DNA of 64,000 nucleotides from Prorocentrum cordatum (lineage: Eukaryota): positions 558,001 through 622,000 of the forward strand of contig CAUYUJ010000259.1 in assembly GCA_963575745.1 (NCBI GenBank). The letters run 5' to 3'. The first letter of the stretch is position 1; every line of letters begins with the position of its first letter. A program made the position numbers and the translations under genes. Below the pieces are notes generated by a model. It saw nothing but the letters and a program-made list of their open reading frames with translations, had not been told where the DNA came from and searched no databases. Positions 12,741 to 26,764 of the stretch are shown here, piece by piece.

Positions 12741-13534
12741 CCTCATCGATCCCATTCCAAGCCATCCATCGATTGGGGGTAATTTCTGTAGTGTAATTCT
12801 TTGCTTGTCGCCAAGATCGGCCTGTAGGGGGACGTGCCCGACCTAATGCCAAGCAGCACCCCGCCTCCTCTCGAGCAGTCGGTGCCCCCCGGCCCCTCGG
12901 GCTCGAATGGGCCAGACAACGCACGCTGTTCGAGCATGTGGTGTGGATGGAGCGCGCCTGCTCTCTGATCGACCAGTTGTTCGTGCTCGCCCGAGCCGTG
13001 CCGACGCGCCTCCTCCTCCTCCTCCTCCTCCTCCTCGTCCTCCTCCCCCTCCTCCTCCTCCTTCCCTCTCCCTTCTGGGCAAGAGCCATGGCACGCGTGT
13101 CACCCATCTTCAACTGTTAGTCCGAAGTCGGCCTGTCGGGGGACATGCCCGGCCCAACTCTAAGCAGCACCCCGCCTCCTCTCGGGGGGCCGCCCCTCTC
13201 GAGCCACCCCTTTTTCGTGCCGCGCCGCCGCCTCGGCCCCTGTGCGCGAGGGCTCCCCTCGGTACTCGATCTTCAAGCCTAGAGCCTCGACCCTCGATCC
13301 TCGATTTTCGATCCCCGAACCTTGACCCTCGAACCTCGACCTTCGATCCGCGGTTTCTGGTCCTCCTGCGCCTCCTCGGGCATCGCCCAGGGCACGCTGG
13401 CCTCCCTGCCGCAGTGCCGCAAGCGCACGGCGGCGAACCAGGGGTTGCTCAACGTTTACGCGAAGGAGCGGCCGGCCGGAGGTTCCCGCCCGGCGTGTTC
13501 GGACCAGCAGGGCTCGGAACAGCGGTTCTTTTCG

Positions 13535-13740
13535 GGGGCAACAATAGGGGGGGATAGGCACAGGAGGGGACGCATCGACCCCCAATCGCCCACTGATCGC
13601 CGAGAGGTGTCCGATAGCCCCAACCTCCCCAGGAACGTGCGGATTCACTATCGGAGGCCTATCGCCGATGTATCGGCGATGTATCGCCGATTCCAGGTCG
13701 ATGTTCCCCCCCTAGCCCTATCCTCCCCGATCGTTGCCCC
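13535..13740. mobile_element. MITE with TIRs GGGGCAAC.AT.GGGG.GGATAGG; related copy at ~14340-14645 interrupted by a TA/CT microsatellite
   Basis: The ends are reverse complements; internal sequence is shared with the second copy. Confidence 0.7.
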
Positions 13741-14841
13741 TCATCTTTGGGTTGTGGCAGGTTTGCTTGCACCGAAATGGGGAAGGGAAATGGGCGTGGG
13801 CAGGCCGGGAAAGGAATCCAGGGCTTCGCGCAAGTCGGGACTCGCTTGCACGCCTGTCCGGCCCAGCGCTTGTGGAAAAGGCGGCGGGGGGGGGGGGGCG
13901 GCCATGGAAGTAGATGCATGGGCCTCCAGGGAAGGAAAAGAGCCTGCTGCTGCTGTCCTGGCGATCTCGTCGGCCCCATCGTCAGGTGTTCTCCGCAAGG
14001 GGTGCCCGAATCGTCCAGGGTTGCCGCTGGAGGCCCGAGTGACGACCCGAAAGCGAGGCCCGCTCGCGTTGGGAAACATCACGGCGCCGGGTTCTCTGCC
14101 ATATGTTGGCTCTCGGGGGGCCCTCACCGGGCGCAGGGACCGTCCAAGAGCGACCCGCGGCGGAAAGCAGGGGCACCGTTGGGGGTCGAATTTGCCCAAA
14201 CATTTGATTTTCCCATCGAATCTACGACGATGGCATGGGATGCTCGTAAACCGATTGGAATTGTAAGTATTCGTCCGTACATTCGACGAGACAGTTGATT
14301 CCGGGGTGGATAAATTCTGTAGTCGATCCCCTACTCGAAGGGGGGGGACAGGCTCAGAGGGGGGCACATCCAACCGCCCCTTCATCGCCGATTGGGGCCT
14401 GATAGCCCACCCCTCCCAGGAGCACGCGGATTCTCTCTGTCTCTCTCTCTCTGTCTCCTGTCTCTCTCCATATATATATATATATATACATATTTGTATA
14501 ATTTCATACATATATGCATACATATACACATATACACATATATATATATATATACAGAGGTATATAACGAGGGCCTATCGCCAGTGCCTCGGAGAGGTAT
14601 CGTCGACTGCATGTCGATGTGTCCTCCCCCGAGCCGGGCTCCTCCTAATGTGGAGGGGTCGGGGGGCGCATGGGGGGCGCGGGGCTGGTGGATCCTCGGG
14701 GGGGGGGGGGCAGGGCCGGCGGACGAGGGCTCGGCGGCAGTGGGCGAGCTGGCGCCGGCGCCGGCCACACCAGGAGCGAGCAGGAACGCACGACTCGCCC
14801 CACCGACACACTCGGGACAGCACGGCCCACCGTTTTCTCCC

Positions 14842-15030
14842 CAATCAGTGCTTGCACTGAAGGGGTCCTTGCGGAAATTGAGAGATTTGGCGAAAGTGTC
14901 CTGTCGATTTGGTGGCCGGCTGGGTTCCCGGATTCCCTCTTCCGGGTTTCCGTGTTCCTGGTCATTGGCTCCGGGCCGATTCCGGTGGGTTCCCCGGTTC
15001 CCGGGTTCTTGGTCGGAGTCTTTATCGATC
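14842..15030 (+). repeat. Dispersed ~190-bp repeat, copy 2
   Basis: Matches 12550-12740. Confidence 0.85.
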
Positions 15031-15775
15031 AAACCATCCAGTGATGGGGGCTTTCCTCTGGTTTAATTTTGTTTGGGTGGGGGGGTGCGCCGCGACCGCG
15101 CGTGCGGCGACGGGGCGTAGAAGGTCGGAAGCAGGCAGAGAGGTGCGCGCGCGGCCGAGCACTCGGAGACCTGTTAGGGTCAGCCCGCGTGGGAAGCATG
15201 GGCGGCCTTCCCAATGGTACCCTTGCGTCCTTGCCTCCTCGGCCCGTCCTTGACCACTTTCGCTGGCCGCGCCACGCCCGAGAAGCTCCGCAATGGGCGC
15301 CCAAGGCCCTTGCATCCTTATTCGCGCAGCCCTGTGATGCGGGCCGACAGTACGCCCTATACCGAGCACGCAGAGACTTGTTGGGGCCTCCCGGCCGCCG
15401 GCAACCAACAACCATCCCGGTGCCGTAACCGTCTGGGCACAACGCACCCCTCGCCCCGTGCAGGACCCCCGCTCTCCCGACCTGGTGGTCCAGGGGGTCT
15501 TGGCTCGGGATGTTTTTTTCCCTTCTCCTCCTCAGCCTCCTCCACCTTCGCCCCCCCCCCCTTCTCCTCCTCTCCCCTCCTCCTCTTCCTCCTCCTCCTC
15601 CTCTTTCTCTTCCTCCTGCTCCTCGTCCTCCCCATCCTCCTCGTCCCCCTCCTCCTCCTCCTCCTCCTCCTCCTCCTCCTCCTCTTCCTCGTCCTCCTCC
15701 TCCCGCTCCTCCTCCTGGGAGCCAGAGGGGCATGGCAGATGGATGGCGGTTGCAGTGCAGTCGAAATGTGCATGG

Positions 15776-18700
15776 ATGAAACTGGTATTTTACAATCTGC
15801 TGCCAGCGAGTACCTTGGATAGAGTGGAAAAAAGTAGAGGTGCACTACGAGAGTGGGATGTGATTGTGCTGATAGGGACACGTCAGTGGTGTGGCCCGGA
15901 GCCGATGAACAAGACGAAACGTAGATATCATACGGCATTGCAGCTCGGGGCGGAGAAGGGAAGGTTGATCAACAACTCGTGTGGTACGACGTTTCCGGTG
16001 TTCAACGAGACGATGAAGGACAAGGCCTTTCACAATCAGTACACACCACTTGCACAACTGCAAAGAAGAACGGAAGGGTCTGGGCTGAGTGCGAGAGCGT
16101 ACGATGTCGCAATCATCGCGACGTAGTTGCCGCCAGATAAAAGGGTATGCAGACCATGGAGTGGTCTCGAACAAATTATGAAGTGGGTGGAACAGAAGTG
16201 TGACGACACGGTTGGCAGATTTACTATCATAGTGGGAGGGGGCACCAACAGCCAAATCGGAACGCACGGGTCAGACAACAGGGATTTGGTGGCAAGTAGA
16301 CACAGCTCCAGCAAGCATGCGGCAGCTCCGTTTCCTCGGCGTAGCCAAGGAAGCGGAGAACGATAGTGGCACCGTTTTCCGGGAGTTGTGTGTCCACAGC
16401 TTATTGTCCGTAGCCACGACCTTCGCCGATCGCGGGCTTACTTAATACTGCGTGACAGACGAGAATATGAGGACGAGCAGGGTAGACCGCATAGCGATAC
16501 CGTCGGGGGCTTTGCCCCGCGCGCGGACGCGCGCTGCATTGCGACGAGGATTGGCAGACAAAAAACACATGATAACTGCGAGAGGACGCGGAGACCTCCT
16601 CCCTCTGGGCATGGATATAGGATTGGAACATCCCGGGCAAGCACCGACAGCAAAGATCAGGGAAGGCAGTGGACCGCAACATTCTCATGCACTGCTTGAG
16701 GAAAGGCGCCTTGGAGCGGAAGTCTTGCGCGCGTTCGACCGCCACCTGACGGTCGCCATGCCACTGCAGCCAGGAGAATCATGAGCGAGGTTATCTCGGA
16801 GTGCAACCCAGGCGGGTCCACCTGAACTCCTAGGATATGCATGAGCGAGGTTATCTCAGAGCGCGACCCAGGAGGTTGTTTGCCGAGCTTCCAGGAGAAG
16901 CAATCGCGAGTTTTCTCGGTGCGCAGCCCCAGGGGAGCGAACGGCAGAAGAAGGATGGAGAGAGCTCCAGGAACGCCCCGTGGCGGACCAGATGCGGGGG
17001 AAATGGAGCGATGCGGGCAGGAATGCCATGCAACAGCTATGCCCAATCAAGAAGAAGCGGGAGGCCAAGGAGGCAGCTGCCCTGTAATTACTGCGGCATT
17101 CACTACTGGCAGAAAAGGATGAAGTTAAGAGCGGGCGTGGTAGAGTCTGACGCGCAGGAGAGATTGGAAGAAGCTGGCCCAGTTACACACATGTAATCCG
17201 CAGGCGCAGGACAGACTTGACATGGCAGGGGGATATAAGCTGGCAGAGGGAAATATGGAGGACACACGAGAAACACTCCACCGAAATGCACAGCCCCAGG
17301 GCGGAATCCCAGAGGAATGGGAGAGGACCACCACACATGTATTCTTTCTCAGCTTGGGCATGGTGGATCACAGAGGAATGAATCAGAGAGCCGGGTAAAC
17401 GCCCCCGCGATGACATGGGGGGCTGGCAGCGGAACCGATGATGCTAGAAGAGTTCGAGAGGGGGCGCGACGGTGCGATCGCAGAGAGAACGCCGCCCCTA
17501 ACGGGCATGGATCTTGCAGCCCGAGCGGATGGGGGGACACAAGAGACCAGCTGAAGTATTGCAGGAACGCTGCAAAGAGGGGGGCGTTTCCCCCGTGGGG
17601 AGTGCCAGTGGAATTGGCACGGGATATACTGGGCCCCACGGTCAATTGGGAAGGCCATGAGCAGTTGGGCCAGAAGCTGCAAGAGCAGGGGGCACGAGCG
17701 GCGGGGAAGCGAGATGGCGAGGGGGATCTGGGCAAGTGCAGGGGGCGATTCCACAGAGAATGGGCTGGGCATCGGGCAGGGCGCTGGGCGGGGCAGACAG
17801 AGATGGCGAGGGATGGCGCCGCAGGCGATAGGAAGAACACGCGCGCGCACACACGCACGCGCGCGCTGGTGGATATTATTATTATGTGTAGCATGCCTCA
17901 AGCTACACCATTGAATTGGCACATGTCTAATTTCTCCTCAGCAGAGACCTGCAACCACCCAAGAGCCTGGGGGGGGCATGAGTTACGCGCGCATACTGCC
18001 CCAAATGGGGGCGATTCCTCCGCGGCGGGATCCGTCGCAGAGGGGGGGAACTGAAGCGCCCGTGCCGGGCGAAGGGGGGGGGGGGGGCTTAGGGGGGGAT
18101 CGGGAGAGAGCGCGGTTGCCTGCGTCGAAGCTGCGCGATGGGGGGCAAGACAGGCAGGTGCGAGCACCGCCGCCAGCAACTACGGCTACGCAAATGCCTC
18201 CGCGAGCACGAAGCGGAAACTCCCGCCGGTATCAGCCTTCGCCGCGCCGAAAGAGGAGGACCTACCATTCGCTATCGTGGCGCTGCGCTACTTCGCTGAG
18301 CATGGAATGCGCAGGCTGCCGGCAGCGTGCAAGGACTGCGCGGGGAGCGCAGATGGGATATACTTTGTGCCCGACGCAGTTCAATGATTCGCGCGACCTG
18401 CGCGCGTGAAAATTGCACCAGGAAGAAAGGGGGAGGGACTAGGTGTAGGCAGTACGCGATACAGTGGACCCAGTCGATGGCCAAGAGCACGACCGCTCGC
18501 TCAACGCCTTCATGGAAGACGTCTCCATGATCCACGCAGCAGGGCAGCCCGCGCAGGCGACCCGATTTGGCGAGGTATTCTCGGAGGACCAGTCGGCTCT
18601 TGGCGGAAGCGAGAATATCTCGACTCGCCCCGGAGCACCGCGCCAGTCAGCTCGCGGCAAAAGCGAGAATTTCTCGGGTCGCCCAAGAGCCCACGCGAGA

Positions 18701-20430
18701 AGGATATCAGAGCAGACCGATGTCACTGCGCAGTACCTCGCGCAAGCTGGAGAGAGGGGGGGCGGAGCTAGAACCCAGCCGACACGAGCCACCCGGTAGC
18801 CCTTCGAGGCCCGGGGCAGGGCGAGACGGGGCCACGCGACAGCTATAGCGAGAGAAGAAGATCAAGGGCACGCCGATGAGGGGGGTGGGAGCACTTGGGC
18901 CACACCTACCTGGAGATCAAGGCTACGCGGGAGAGATCCGGAGGGGGTGCGTGGCCATGCATATAGCTCACAGACAACCTGAATGCTTCGGGTCTTCTGA
19001 TACCACCGGCAAAATAAAGAAGGAGATGTTCCAGGCGGTTGTTTCGAGCAGACCTTGCTGGATTGGCGCCGTTTGTAATGGGGGCACGTCGCTTGATAGC
19101 GCTCGACAGTACTTTGGCGCATGCATCGGGAAGTGTGGCAGGAGGCAGGATGGGCTGGATAGTGGAAGATGGCGCGTCCAGGTGCCACGCCAACATGGGG
19201 GTATGCAGGGGGTGGGGGGCGCCGCGCTGCTCAACGCGAGGATCCGCGGGCTGCGGTGGCACAGGCACTGGGCGAAATCCCCAGAGGATTTTGGCATTGC
19301 GATGGCGGCAGTTTTTGGCGCGCTGGAGCTGGACAGCGCCTGCCCCGTCAGGAGATGGGAGAATGAGGGGGCGCGCGAAGCATCAACGCCCTGGGCAGAG
19401 CAAGTGGCCAGGGATTCCCTGGGGGGGGGTCAGCGAGGACGTCGCAAGCTGGCTCCCGCGGAGGCAGCCAGTCATCTCAATGTTCAAGAAGGGCGCAAAG
19501 AGATTGGGGAGTTTGGATTGGGGCGGGCCCCGGCATTCTACGCCGCGCAGGACGCGCCTGGGAGACAATGCTACCATGCATTTCAGTGGGAGGCGAACGG
19601 GGCGCTCATTCCCGGTGCGACTGCGAATGCTTGAGGCAGTGCTCGACTCAGAGTACGACCAGAGGAGGGCGCAATGGTCGGCCTGGCTAAAGGCGGCCAT
19701 CCCTGCAGTGCTGACAAAGTCGCTCGACCACCTCGCCGCCACGGGCGCGACTGCGGACGCCGTGGAAGAAGCGGCAGGCCGAGCGAGCCGCCGGTTTCAA
19801 GCTGTCGCACGGGAACGGATCAGCCAGGCGGAGGCGCAGAACCCGCATTTCCGTATCCGGCACAAGCTGAGCAGATGGCAGTTGCTGGGGGTCCCGCGTC
19901 AGCTCGCAGATGCATTCCAGACCAGCTTGGGGCGGCTGCGGCGACTGGTGCCGCCCAGGGTGGTGGCGGCTGTGTTCAGTGCTGCCTGGAATCGGTTGTG
20001 CACTTTCAGGAGATTTCAGCAACGGGACGACGCAGGCAACGTTTGTCGGCTGGGCTGTGGCGGCGGCGCAGAAGATAGCATTGAGCATTATTCGAGATGC
20101 AGAGTCATGCGCCGCTTCCATGCGACATCGCTCCGCATATATTCGGAGTCGCTGCTGCCATATTGGTTGGGAGTCCACGCCGGCCGGCAGGACGACGATC
20201 TGCTCGCCAAGGGGGCGCTGGGCGCCTACGCGGCCTACCGCGCGACCAATGCGACCCGATCTACTGGGGCGTTGACCGCAGCTGCGGCTGGGAGGGCGCT
20301 GCAACAGGCCCTACGGGAGGCGGCAACAGGACACAGAACTTCTGAGCGGTGCCTTGCCAGAATCTGGGCATGACGCCTAGATGCCCCCCTCCCCGCGTCT
20401 CCTCTTTTCTGCATCCTTTTTTTTTTTTTC
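15776..20430 (+). mobile_element. Degenerate non-LTR (LINE) retrotransposon: APE-endonuclease-like N-terminus, decayed middle, intact C-terminal Cys/His knuckle
   Basis: MKLVFYN..R....WDVIVLIGT at the 5' end; C-terminus ..NRLCTFRRFQ..CRLGC..EDSIEHY..C (ORF 19039..20373); T-run after the stop. A canonical YADD motif was not seen. Confidence 0.65.
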
Positions 20431-20949
20431 TCGGTACGGCGCTTGCGCGCTGGCCCAAGCCTGCTGGATGGTTTCCGGCCGCGGAGGGCCCACGGCGCCC
20501 GACGAGAATTCGCAGCTCCCCCCTGGCTGGCCGCCAGCTGGCGCCAGCCGCAAGCTCCCCCCCTGGGGGCCCCACGCCTTGGGGGGGCAGGGGACCGCCC
20601 TTTCCCTCCCCCTTCCCCTCTTCCTGCCCCCTTCCCATCTTCCTGCCCCTGTCCTCCTCCTCCTTCTCCGCCTCCTCCTCCTCCCCTTCCTTCTCCTCCC
20701 CCTCGTCCTCCTCCCCCGTCGTCGTCGTCGTCGTCGGTGGTCGTCGTCGTTGTCGTCGTCGTCGTCGTCGTCGTCGTCGTGGGGCTGTCCCTCGCCTTCC
20801 TCGGGCTTGTGGCCCCCCACGGGGGTGGCGTTGAGGCAGCGGCTTCCAATTTCAACCAGCCCTCCGGGCGTTCGAGTTGAGCGCGCAAGGAGACCAGCGC
20901 GATCGGCGCGTCCAATTTCGGCCGGCAGGAGGCTTGGAGGCCAGAGCGC

Positions 20950-21280
20950 TCATCGTGAGCGGCTGTCGAGGCCCCGGGCGCTCGAGTTGAGCGTGCAGTC
21001 GCCCTCCCCCCCCCTCCTCCGTCCCCCCTCCGTCCGTCCTCGCCTCGTCCCTCCCCCTCCGTGTCGTGCTGCCGTCTTCTGATCCGCGCTGTAGGCCTGA
21101 TCTGGTCTCTGGGCGGCTGTGGAGGCCCCGAGCGCCCGAGTTGAGCGTGCAGTCGCCCTCCCCCCCCTCCTTCCTCCGTCCTCCGTCCTCGCCTCGCCCC
21201 TTGCCTCCCGAATCGAGTTGCCGTCTTCTGATCAGCGCCGTAGGTCTGATCTGGTCTCTGGGCGGCTGTGGAGGCCCCAA
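20950..21280. repeat. ~150-bp tandem duplication
   Basis: gagttgagcgtgcagtcgccctccccc and ctgatctggtctctgggcggctgtggaggcccc each occur twice. Confidence 0.8.
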
Positions 21281-22470
21281 GCGCTGGAGTGGATCGTGCT
21301 ATCCCTCCGTCCCTCCTGTGCGTGCGTTGTGGTCGATGTTGTTGTCCGCTCGTTTTTAGAAATTTGGGGTGAGTCTTGCATTGCTGTTCATCTGCGTCCA
21401 CTGTGTGTGATTTTCCCCGTTGCATGGCCTGCCAGCTTGCGGACCGCCCGGCCCTGGAGCGCAGGCACTCGCCTCTCTGCCGAGTGCTTCGCCCTTCAGG
21501 TTCCGTAGGCTCTGTTCGGCCCGCCTCGAGGTCGTTGGCGTGCTTCTTCCGCCCTTCTCCTCCGTGCTCCTTCTCCCCCTTCCCCTCCTCCGTGGCGTGT
21601 GTGTTCCGGCATGTTGTGGCGCGCGTCTTCTGGTGCCTCCAGGTGCGTGGCCCCACTCAGCCGCGAGGGCACGGTCCCCGCACAATGATTTACATCGAGT
21701 TCCGACTATAGTTTGTAACATCGCGCGTATCCTCATACATTCCGCCTGTTGCATTGTACGCTGGCCGCTCGTGGTCCTGGCTCCTCTGCTTCGGCATCGA
21801 GGCTCTCTGCAGGTTTTCGATTTGCGTCTTCTCCGCCTTCCTCGTTCGCCCTCCTCCACACTTGCGTTGGGCACCAGTGCGAGTTCCGCCAGGATGTACT
21901 GGTACGAAGTACGCACGCGCGAGTTTAACTGTCTGCCGTGATTTCATTGAGGCATTCGCGCGACGCGGGAATTGGCTTTTACAGTAGTCTTTCTCCGCAT
22001 GTTTCACTTCGGCGGTAGTCGCAGATTGCACCGAGTGGGACGAGGTGTGTGTTGCTCATCGATGGTTCGCCGCCTCCCCTCTGCCTTCCCTCTCCCTCTC
22101 CACAAAAAAAAAATCCCGGTGCGACTGCGAAACCGGGGCTGAGGGGCAGGTGCGCGGAGCGCAATTCACTGCGGCGGCGGCGCTGGCAGCGCGCGGGGGA
22201 GTGGTCCACAACTCTTTCCCTTTGGTTCTTGGTGATAGCGAATCACTGCCCGCGGTGCCTGAGCTCCTTCGCGCCAGACAAGTGACGATCGGCCATTCCA
22301 CGGGGGCAGCGGAGAGCCGAGAGATTTGCTACAAAACAGAAGTTGTTGAAACCACCCAGTCCTTGAGACCCCTTCCCTCGCCCGCGCTCTCTGCGGCTGG
22401 CAGGTTCAATATTTGGGGGGCTTTCGGGCGCGCGCGCGCCGCCGCCGCCCTGGCCCGCGCCGCGCGGAAG

Positions 22471-25400
22471 ATGGCGATGGCACCGCGGAGACCGCCCCCG
22501 CCCGAAGGAAGAGCAAGCGCGCAGATGGATGGGGAACCGGAGAACCGCGCGGGCGGCAAGGGAAGAGGAAACGGCCAGTGGCATACAGAAGGGGCCAGTA
22601 CCAAGGCGGCGGGCCGCTCGCCAGCGGCCGCGGCCGCGGCGAGGGGGGGGGGGGGGGCGCAGGCGGACGGGGGGGGTCCAGACCCCCCCGCCAGCCACGC
22701 GCAGCGGAAGACTACGAGGCGTTCGACCCCTGAGTGTGCATCAACTGACTCCAGCGACTGGCCCTCCGCTCGGCAGCGGAGATCAGCGATGTGAGCCGCG
22801 TGACATCGGACGCCCACCTCATACAAATCAGCGCAATTCGGTCTTCGGAGGTCGTTGGCGTCGGGGCAGAACTACGGGAACCAGGTCAGGGAAAGGGCAA
22901 GGGCCCAAGATGGGGCTACCAGGCATCCGCGCGGGGGTGGCGCTCATGGAGGGCGCCCAGGAGATGGCGTCGGAATGGCAGAACACAGATCCAACCTCAA
23001 TGTCAGCGCAAATATTTCTGGCATTGGACGCCCTGAGGGACTTCCTAAAGGTGATAGGGGGCAACAGCGAGCGCAGCCAGGCCGAGGTCACAGAGGCGAC
23101 CAAGCTGTGCCAGGTCAGCGAGAGCTACAAGGCGCGCAACAACAAGAACAGGAACCCGAACGGGGACGAGCACGAGTTCTGGGAGGAGGGCTCAGGCAAT
23201 ATCCAGATCGGCACCGGCGAGTCTATCGTTTCGACGGCGTTGCCCCCAAAGGTCACGATGGAAGACCGCGTGGCGAAGCTGGCCCAGCTCGCGGGCCACG
23301 GCCTGAGAATGGCAGTGGGCATGCTGCTCGTCCACGCGGGACGCAAGATGTCCCAGTCGGCAGCGCCCAAGTCGGAGCTGGAGGGGATTGCGAAGCGGGA
23401 GCTTCAGCGTCGGCGCCACTGATGGCGGAAGGGGAGGTTGCATTGGCGAGGTTATCTCGGAGTGCGGCACCGCAGAGATTGTCAGGAGGGGCGGTTGCAT
23501 TGGCGAGGTTATCTCGGGGTGCGAAGACCCCGGCGCAGAATGCCAGGCTGCGGCTGTCGCGGATATGCGCTTACACTGCACCTCCGACGGAGCCAGCATC
23601 AAGCAGTGAGGGTGCCGCCACAGCCCCCCCGCCCACCCCGGGGCAGCCGGGCATGGCTAGCGCGCCCAACAGCGCACGGGCGAAGAGGAAGAGACACTTG
23701 TCAAATGATGAAAGAATGGCGGGTTCAACCGCATGGACATTTCACGCCCCACTAATTTCAGACGTGTTGCCCCGGATGGTAGGATGTGCGAAGTGACCCT
23801 AAAGTTTCGAGCCCAACGGACAGCGGAATTGCAAGGAAATGCCTTGGGGGAGCGCTTCCCTGGCAACAACCAGCCCGCCCGCCCCTGCCAGGAAACGACG
23901 TCATCTACCAGGGCGGCACGACACTTATAGTTTCCTTCTTTCCTTTGCGGTTGCGGAGAGATTGCGGGCGGGGAATTCTGCAATTTGCACAGCATGCGCA
24001 CATGTAGAGACGGGCCGCGGCCTGCGAGGGGGAATTGGGCCAGCATGCAATGTGCCGCGCAATTAACAGAGCAGATAGGAATGCACAACCGCCTCCATCG
24101 ATCATACTCCGATCCCACAGCTGATCTGGCCCAACGACGGCCTAGGTGCACAGCGTTGCGCGCGAGCGGGGTTTCTCGGGGCGCGTAGCACGGGGGGGGC
24201 GCCCGTGGCCTTCGCGGGCAGCAGCCAGCTATTGCTTTGCGGGCGTTGCAGCAAGGGGGTCGGGTACTGCGAGATGATCGAGGGCCACAGGGAGCGCGCA
24301 ATAGACGAACCTGGCCATGAAAATGATCAATGGGGGGAAAGGCAGCCAATGGAAGAGAGTGCGCATCGACTGTGAGCTGGAGCACAGGCAGGACAAGTGG
24401 GGATAATGGAGCGACGAAGAAGAGACGCTGCATGGGGGGGGGTCTATTACGAGAGGGCAGGACTGCCAAGAACAGACGAGGAAAGCGCGAGGAGCCGCGT
24501 GGGCAGCTTAAGCTCTGGGGCAGATCACAGCAGCGCAAGCGCTCCTGGCGGAAAAGGAGGCCTAACGAAACGGCCTCGCACTGCGAGGAACCAGTTGGCC
24601 CTGGCGAAGCCACAGGAAATTGCAGAGGCGCCGCTGGAGGGCGTCTAGGTGAACGGGGGCATCTTTGCGGCCTTTAGCGACGCAGGAGAACAGCATGGCA
24701 GAGGCTCTACGCTGCGCAGAGGAATGCGGCATCCTGCTCAACAAGTACATGGCCGTGGACATCAATGGCGAGGAAGCGCTGAAGGCGGCAACGCAAGAGC
24801 TGTAGGAATAAATAAGGAGCTGCACGAGATCGTCGACTACAGGACGGCAAAAACACACACACACACACCGGAGAAACGCAGTCGGCGCCCCTCAATGCGC
24901 AGGACTTCGTCGGGAAGTGGGGCGACAACGTGCACCTCTTCAACATATGCAGGATGGGGCGCAGGATGGGGCGCAAGTAGGGGCGGGGCCTGCTCGCGCG
25001 GTGGCCCCTCCCCACGCGTGGTGGAGATGCCCCGGCCCCTACTCGAGAGGGCGCAAGTGGCCGTTATGGTGCAAAGTTGGCTGGTCGCAGCTCGTCAAAG
25101 GCGCAGGAGAGCCACCCCGAAGATGAGCTCATGGGAGAGTGGGTGGGCAAGATGAAAGGCGCGTCCGGCAATGACTGCGACATCGGGCACAAGTCGAAGT
25201 TCCTTCCGTGCAGGTGCGGGCCGTCAATGGAGGTGGGGCGCGAGGTGGGAGACCCGCGTGGAGAGCTCGTTGCGGAGAGGCTGCCGCAGCAGCTAGACGG
25301 CGCCATCAAGGAGCACCGCTGCCAGTTCTACGACGCTGCCCAGGATGTGAGCCCAGAGGAGCTCTCGGTCACGGGACGCCTTCTCATCGCAAGGCACCCT

Positions 25401-26230
25401 GTGGGGGCGTGGAGAAGGGCGGGGAGGAAGGCCTGACTGCGCTGAACTGGTGCGAGCTGGCGCTGAAGATTTCGAAGATCGACGAAGAGGACCTCCAGGA
25501 AGTCATGGGGGTCGCCTTGCAGGAGCGGAGCAGAGAGGACAGTCTCGACCCGGAGGAAGTGAACAGGAGAGGCTCAAAGAGCGCCAGAAGCTACGAGACA
25601 GCGCGCAGATCCTGCTGGACGGCGCCGAGATCGCCAGGGAACAGTTCGGCGACCCCAAGCCAAAGGAGACGACGACGGCCAACCCCTCCAGCGGCCACCA
25701 GCGAGAGCACCCATCGGAGCCCACTGGAAAGCCAAGAGCTGCATTAGCGAGGTTTTCTCGGAGTGCTGCCCTGGGCAAGCTGGGCGAGCCCACAGGCGGC
25801 CAAGATATGCATTCGCGAGGTTTTCCCGGAGAGCTACCCTTGGCAAAGCAGGGGGGGCAATCACGGATTGCTCGAACTGTCATCGCCAGGGGAAGAATTG
25901 TTTAGAATGCCGACGGGTACACTACTGCAGGGTGTTGAGTGGGAACAAAAGTGATCATCACGAAGTCCACCAGAGTGTTTCGTCGATTGCCCCACCTACA
26001 ACATACCGTGACTACCCGCATGCTCCGATCCGCATCGACTTCGAGGAGGAACAGTGGGATGATACAACAGGGTATCAGAGTGCAGATGTGACAATATCTG
26101 GGGCGACTATCGGCCAGATCGAGGCGAAAGAGAAGCGAGCCGAGCGGGAGAGGAGAGCATGCTATAAAGCCAGTCGGGTAACCAGGCCCCCCAGCAACAG
26201 TTTGGGAACACGGGCCTCCCGACCCTCCCC
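22471..26230 (+). mobile_element. Second degenerate LINE-like element (ORF1-like 22529-23422, followed by decayed ORF2-like sequence)
   Basis: ORF ending LLVHAG..AAPKSELE...RELQ followed by purine-rich fragmented coding sequence; shares the GCGAGGTTATCTCGG motif with the element at 15.8 kb. No catalytic motif recognised. Confidence 0.35.
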
Positions 26231-26764
26231 CCTCCTCTTTTTGGAGTTGTCGCGTCGTCGTCTCCCCCCCTTGCCCGGGCGCGCTGCTAAGCCCGCGAGC
26301 CCCCTTTTCCTAGGGCACGCGGAAGGGCCAGCAGCTGCTCACCCCTGCATTGACTTGCAGGGACTTGTAATCGTAAGGTAGCGAGACCCTCTTACCGGGC
26401 CACGTTGGAGCGCACCCCTTGAGCAACATGGCGCGCCCCCTGCCGGCCCTAGCGAGAAGGCAGGGCCTTTGCACAAGCAATCGCAGGGGATTTTGTCAGA
26501 AGCGTGCAAGGCACCAGCGTGCGCGCTTCACGCTGAACACCGTTATGCGGATGTCCTGTCCTGTCCTCCTCATCTTCCTCCTCCTCCCCCCCTCCTCCTT
26601 CCCCTCCTCCCCCCCCTCCTCGTCCGCGTGCTCCCCCCTCCATTTCTCTTCCCAATAGATAACCTTCCCTTCTCGCACTCCGAGGCCGGTCGGAAGGGTG
26701 GGCCGGTCGTTTCGCCAAAGGTTCCTCACCATGTGCACCCTGAAGCTTGAACGTTGGCAGCCGC

